From assembly GCA_050117845.1 (NCBI GenBank), contig JASFLY010000039.1, forward strand, positions 1 through 19,817: a stretch of 19,817 nt of DNA, given 5' to 3'. The stretch is from Candidatus Zixiibacteriota bacterium (GTDB taxonomy: Bacteria > RBG-13-66-14 > B26-G2 > WVWN01). Both the position numbers and the translations under genes were made by a program. Within the stretch, counting starts at the first letter, position 1, and every line of letters starts with the position of its first letter. Positions 17,015 through 19,817 of this stretch are shown one piece after another. The notes under the pieces are model-generated. The model did no database searches and had not been told where the DNA came from. It saw nothing but the letters and a program-made list of their open reading frames with translations.

Positions 17015-17044
17015 CGTAGGGCCGCACGGCTGTGCGGCCTAACG
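17015..17044. repeat. 30-nt REP-like palindrome (right flank of mrr-like gene)
   Basis: CGTAGGGCCGCACGGCTGTGCGGCCTAACG. Confidence 0.7.
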
Positions 17045-17139
17045 GGGGCCGGCCGGCCGCCCCCGCGCAAAGTCGGCCCCGGGCCGGAGGGCTGGCCTTC
17101 GGGGAAACCGCAATCCGGACGATGAGGAGGAGGTCCAAC

Positions 17140-17697
17140 GTGAAAGTTGTTTGCATTATCGCCGCGGCGCTCATTTGCGCGACGGCTGCCATGGGAGACG
17201 TAATATTCCGTCAGGATTTCGAAGGGACTAAGTTCCCGCCGACCTTCTGGTACGTCGATTACGGCAACTGGACAACGGAAAGCGTCGGCGGCAACCACTA
17301 CGCTCACGGTTGGATCCACGCCAAGAGCGGTTCTTCCGGGTCTCGTTTGGGCTCACGGCAATTCTGGGGCCGGTATAACTGGAAGATAAAGGTTAGCTTC
17401 CGCTACCAGGCCTGGAAGACCGGCGACTTCCTCGGGGACATCGTAGATATAGACGTATGGGGTAAAAACTCGTTCCGGAAAGAGTTGACTTACTCGAGGA
17501 ATTGGCGGCGATTTAGTTGGGTTACGCCGGAACTTGGTAACGGCAGCCACTACCGAGTATTTTTCTTTACGGGCGGCAATACGGCCGAAGGTAAAGAGGG
17601 CCGGATTTATTTCAACGTCGACGACGTGCGCGTCGAGTATTGCGACACGGCCGTAAGCCCGACGTCCCTAGGGCGCGTGAAGGCGTTGTACCGGTAG
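17140..17697 (+). CDS. Secreted jelly-roll (MAM/cleaved-adhesin-like) protein with conserved C-terminal tail
   Basis: GTG 17140 after AGGAGGAGGT; signal peptide; IF.QDFEG..FPP..W and F.VDDV.V motifs; ends VSPTSLGRVKALYR. Confidence 0.78.
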   Translation: MKVVCIIAAALICATAAMGDVIFRQDFEGTKFPPTFWYVDYGNWTTESVGGNHYAHGWIHAKSGSSGSRLGSRQFWGRYNWKIKVSFRYQAWKTGDFLGDIVDIDVWGKNSFRKELTYSRNWRRFSWVTPELGNGSHYRVFFFTGGNTAEGKEGRIYFNVDDVRVEYCDTAVSPTSLGRVKALYR

Positions 17698-17721
17698 GGG
17701 CGACTTGTTCCGATCGACGTA

Positions 17722-17751
17722 CGGGCCGGCCTTCGGGTCGGCCCGTTTATT
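17722..17751 (+). terminator. Putative intrinsic terminator
   Basis: CGGGCCGGCC-TTCG-GGTCGGCCCG followed by TTTATT. Confidence 0.7.
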
Positions 17752-17796
17752 GAGGGGAACGTTGCCCGCCGCGCCGGCATAAAAAAGTTGGCCGAT

Positions 17797-17825
17797 TTGC
17801 ATTCGACCCGATAGTTGTATATAAT
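17797..17825 (+). promoter_or_regulatory. Putative sigma70 promoter
   Basis: TTGCAT-17 nt-TATAAT. Confidence 0.72.
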
Positions 17826-17869
17826 ATAAACGAATTCTAATTAATTCATATCAAACAGGAGGCCGAAGT

Positions 17870-18982
17870 ATGCGTTACTTCACAGGGTGGCCGCGGGCGC
17901 TGGGCGTCGCCGCGGCGTTTTTATTTATATTCGCGCTCAGTTGCAGTGACGAGGGAGAGCCTACTTACGAACAAGCCCAATGGAAAGTAGCCGCCTCGTT
18001 CGACGACGATACCGTGCCGCTCGCCGCCGAAGCGTTCACGGACGGCGCTTGCTACATCGCCGGCATCGAATATCACAATAGCGTGGAGGAGATGAACGCG
18101 GTACTTTACCGGTGCCGAGGCGAGGCGCTGGAACTGGCGTTCCGCGCCGACGATCCCCGCTCGAAATTCGGGTGCATTGGCGTCGCCGCGGATTCGGTGT
18201 GGGCGGGTGGTTATTACCACCACAACAATCAGGGTTGGGACCCCTATATCGTCCGCTACGACGGCGCTACGTTCGTGGAAGTGGAAGGGATTCCGGCCAT
18301 CACCGGCAGCGTCCACGCCATAGCTCCGGTATCAAAGGACGCGGCGTTTGTCGGGTTAGCCCACGGCCAGGAACACTCCGTTTATTATTACGAAAACGGG
18401 ACCTGGCGGCTTTGCCTCGATAACTTACCCCGGATGTGGGATATAGAACTGGCCGCCACGCCGAGCGGAAAGGTCTTCGTTAGTTGCCAGCCCGAGCCGG
18501 CGTCCCCGTTGATCATCCATTGTTCCCAGGACAGGGGCGTAACGTGGCACGACGAGGTCGTGGAGTTCGGCCCCGAGGATTACGTTCGTGGGCAACCTCA
18601 CATCGTCACTAGTGGGGAGACGCTCTTCGCCGCCGCTACGTATATCCGGGAAATGCCGACGGGTAGCGCCAACATCATGTATATTTTCCGCCGCGACGCC
18701 GCGCCCGCCGGCGAAGGAATATACGCCGCGGATTATCGCGAAATCAGTACCGATACGTTGCCCGAAGTCGGGGCATTGGCGGTCGGCACCAACGGCGAGG
18801 GTTACGGCCTGGGCCGCGAAATAGGATACCGCCGGCGCGCCGGAACCTGGGCGCCCCAGGATTTCGCTAACATGCTGTCATACGCGATGTGGGACGTAAC
18901 GGGCGGTGTCGGCGGCTTCTGGGCCATCGGCGAGTACCCCCGTGGCGAGGGCGAAACCTGCCGCGTTTTCGTATCGCCGTAA
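17870..18982 (+). CDS. Putative lipoprotein, beta-rich (propeller-like), lacking the C-terminal tail
   Basis: AGGAGG SD; hydrophobic N-terminus ending in lipobox-like ALSC; YDG.TF and YYENGTW motifs and one Asp-box-like S.D.G.TW. Confidence 0.72.
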   Translation: MRYFTGWPRALGVAAAFLFIFALSCSDEGEPTYEQAQWKVAASFDDDTVPLAAEAFTDGACYIAGIEYHNSVEEMNAVLYRCRGEALELAFRADDPRSKFGCIGVAADSVWAGGYYHHNNQGWDPYIVRYDGATFVEVEGIPAITGSVHAIAPVSKDAAFVGLAHGQEHSVYYYENGTWRLCLDNLPRMWDIELAATPSGKVFVSCQPEPASPLIIHCSQDRGVTWHDEVVEFGPEDYVRGQPHIVTSGETLFAAATYIREMPTGSANIMYIFRRDAAPAGEGIYAADYREISTDTLPEVGALAVGTNGEGYGLGREIGYRRRAGTWAPQDFANMLSYAMWDVTGGVGGFWAIGEYPRGEGETCRVFVSP

Positions 18983-19031
18983 GGCCGAGGTTGAGAAGTT
19001 AACGCGGCCTGACGGCCGCTTCCGTTAATTG

Positions 19032-19057
19032 AGGCCGGGCCTATCGAGGCCCGGCCT
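19032..19057. terminator. Perfect 11-bp hairpin, possible terminator
   Basis: AGGCCGGGCCT-ATCG-AGGCCCGGCCT followed by TATATT. Confidence 0.5.
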
Positions 19058-19183
19058 TATATTACGCCGACAGGGCGGCCTGTCCTTCATGTCGATTATT
19101 GTGTAGTATTTTAATTGTATTAACCTCCAATATCGTGTTATGTTGATATTAAGGGGAATAACGATATAGAGGAGGTACGAGGA

Positions 19184-19817
19184 ATGGGGAAATCCGTAGT
19201 AATAGCGGCCGTGGCGCTCGGGGCGTTGGCGGCCGTTTGCGCTTGGGGCGAATGGGTATACGAAGGCCAGTGGGGGAAGTCGGGCAGTAATTACGGCGAG
19301 TTCAACTTCCCGGCGGGGATCGCCGTCGCCCCCGGCGGCGACGTATACGTCACGGAGCATTTCGGCGACCGCGTGCAACGGTTCACCGCGGCCGGGTCTT
19401 TCCGGAACGGCTGGGCGGTACCCTGGTCCCCGCACGACGTTTACGGCGTCGCGGTCGCGGCCGACGGGACGGTGTACGTGACGTCGGGGCAGATGGAGTA
19501 CGAATCCTACGTAGGCCGTTTTTCGCCGATGGGGGCTATTTTGGGGTCCTGGGAAGTGAAGCGTTGGTATCCTTCGTCGGCCGACCACGTGGACGTATCG
19601 GCCAACGGGACGGTTTACGTTGCCGAAGGGCATTTAAATCGCGTCTCGCGTTATAATTCGGTAGGGTCGATGGTCGGGTCGTGGGAAACCGGCTACGCCG
19701 ACGGATTGGCGGTCGCTCCCGACGGCCGCGTCTACATCACCAACGGGTTCTCGGGACACAACGTACGTTATTACACCCCTACGGGTTCCTTTTTGGGTAG
19801 CTGGGGTTCCGAAGGTT
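19184..19817 (+). CDS. Secreted NHL-repeat protein (truncated by window end; missing from the ORF track)
   Basis: GGAGG upstream; hand translation MGKSVVIAAVALGALAAVCAWGEWVYEGQWGKSGSNYGEFNFPAGIAVAPGGDVYV... is open to the window end; N-terminus is homologous to 5801. Confidence 0.88.
   Translation, partial: MGKSVVIAAVALGALAAVCAWGEWVYEGQWGKSGSNYGEFNFPAGIAVAPGGDVYVTEHFGDRVQRFTAAGSFRNGWAVPWSPHDVYGVAVAADGTVYVTSGQMEYESYVGRFSPMGAILGSWEVKRWYPSSADHVDVSANGTVYVAEGHLNRVSRYNSVGSMVGSWETGYADGLAVAPDGRVYITNGFSGHNVRYYTPTGSFLGSWGSEG

Noticed and set aside
9415..17139. ORF-track starts at 9415, 12392, 13399, 13640 and 17032
   Set aside because: Downstream starts (9526, 12449, 13546, 13775, 17140) have better SD context or family-typical N-termini, avoid overlaps, and place signal peptides at the N-terminus.
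3724..17697. Tail as a known signal (T9SS CTD, LPxTG, PEP-CTERM, BAM beta-signal, ssrA-like degron)
   Set aside because: Too short for a CTD, no TM helix with basic cluster, passengers are not beta-barrels, and no terminal AA motif.
3391..19057. Integron cassette array (co-oriented genes separated by palindromes)
   Set aside because: No consistent RYYYAAC...GTTRRRY attC boxes, no integrase, and many genes have their own promoters.
259..19633. Many long minus-strand and alternate-frame ORFs (e.g. 1329..2255, 2397..3500, 5792..6703, 9598..10335, 16033..17019, 19025..19633)
   Set aside because: They shadow well-supported + strand genes, are Arg/Pro/Gly-rich or mirror the repeats, and lack motifs; expected in high-GC DNA.

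Overview
GC-rich bacterial chromosomal window in which every credible gene lies on the + strand. It opens with a housekeeping block (ribH, nusB, a metallophosphoesterase, rsmD with an apparent CTG start, an SPFH/band-7 protein). The accessory region that follows is dominated by secreted proteins. The main observation is that ten complete signal-peptide proteins from at least five unrelated fold families end in the same 14-residue tail, [VI]xP[TAV]S[LVIW]G[RKD]V[KR]A[LIMV][FY][RY]-COOH. The families are a temptin-like CxxCH protein, a paralog pair of unknown domain, NHL beta-propellers, a four-member 'WDWRN' propeller family and a MAM/jelly-roll-like protein. The tail is absent from all cytoplasmic, membrane and lipoprotein genes here, so it looks like a C-terminal sorting, secretion or docking signal whose machinery is not in the window. 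Interspersed are an ArsR-controlled permease/thioredoxin/ArsF-like/ArsG(CcdA)-like operon, a small zinc-ribbon gene and a stand-alone Mrr-family endonuclease bracketed by near-identical inverted 30-nt palindromes. There is also a family of GTAG-type REP-like palindromes and several near-consensus sigma70 promoters. Family assignments come from motif recognition by eye; no database search was run.
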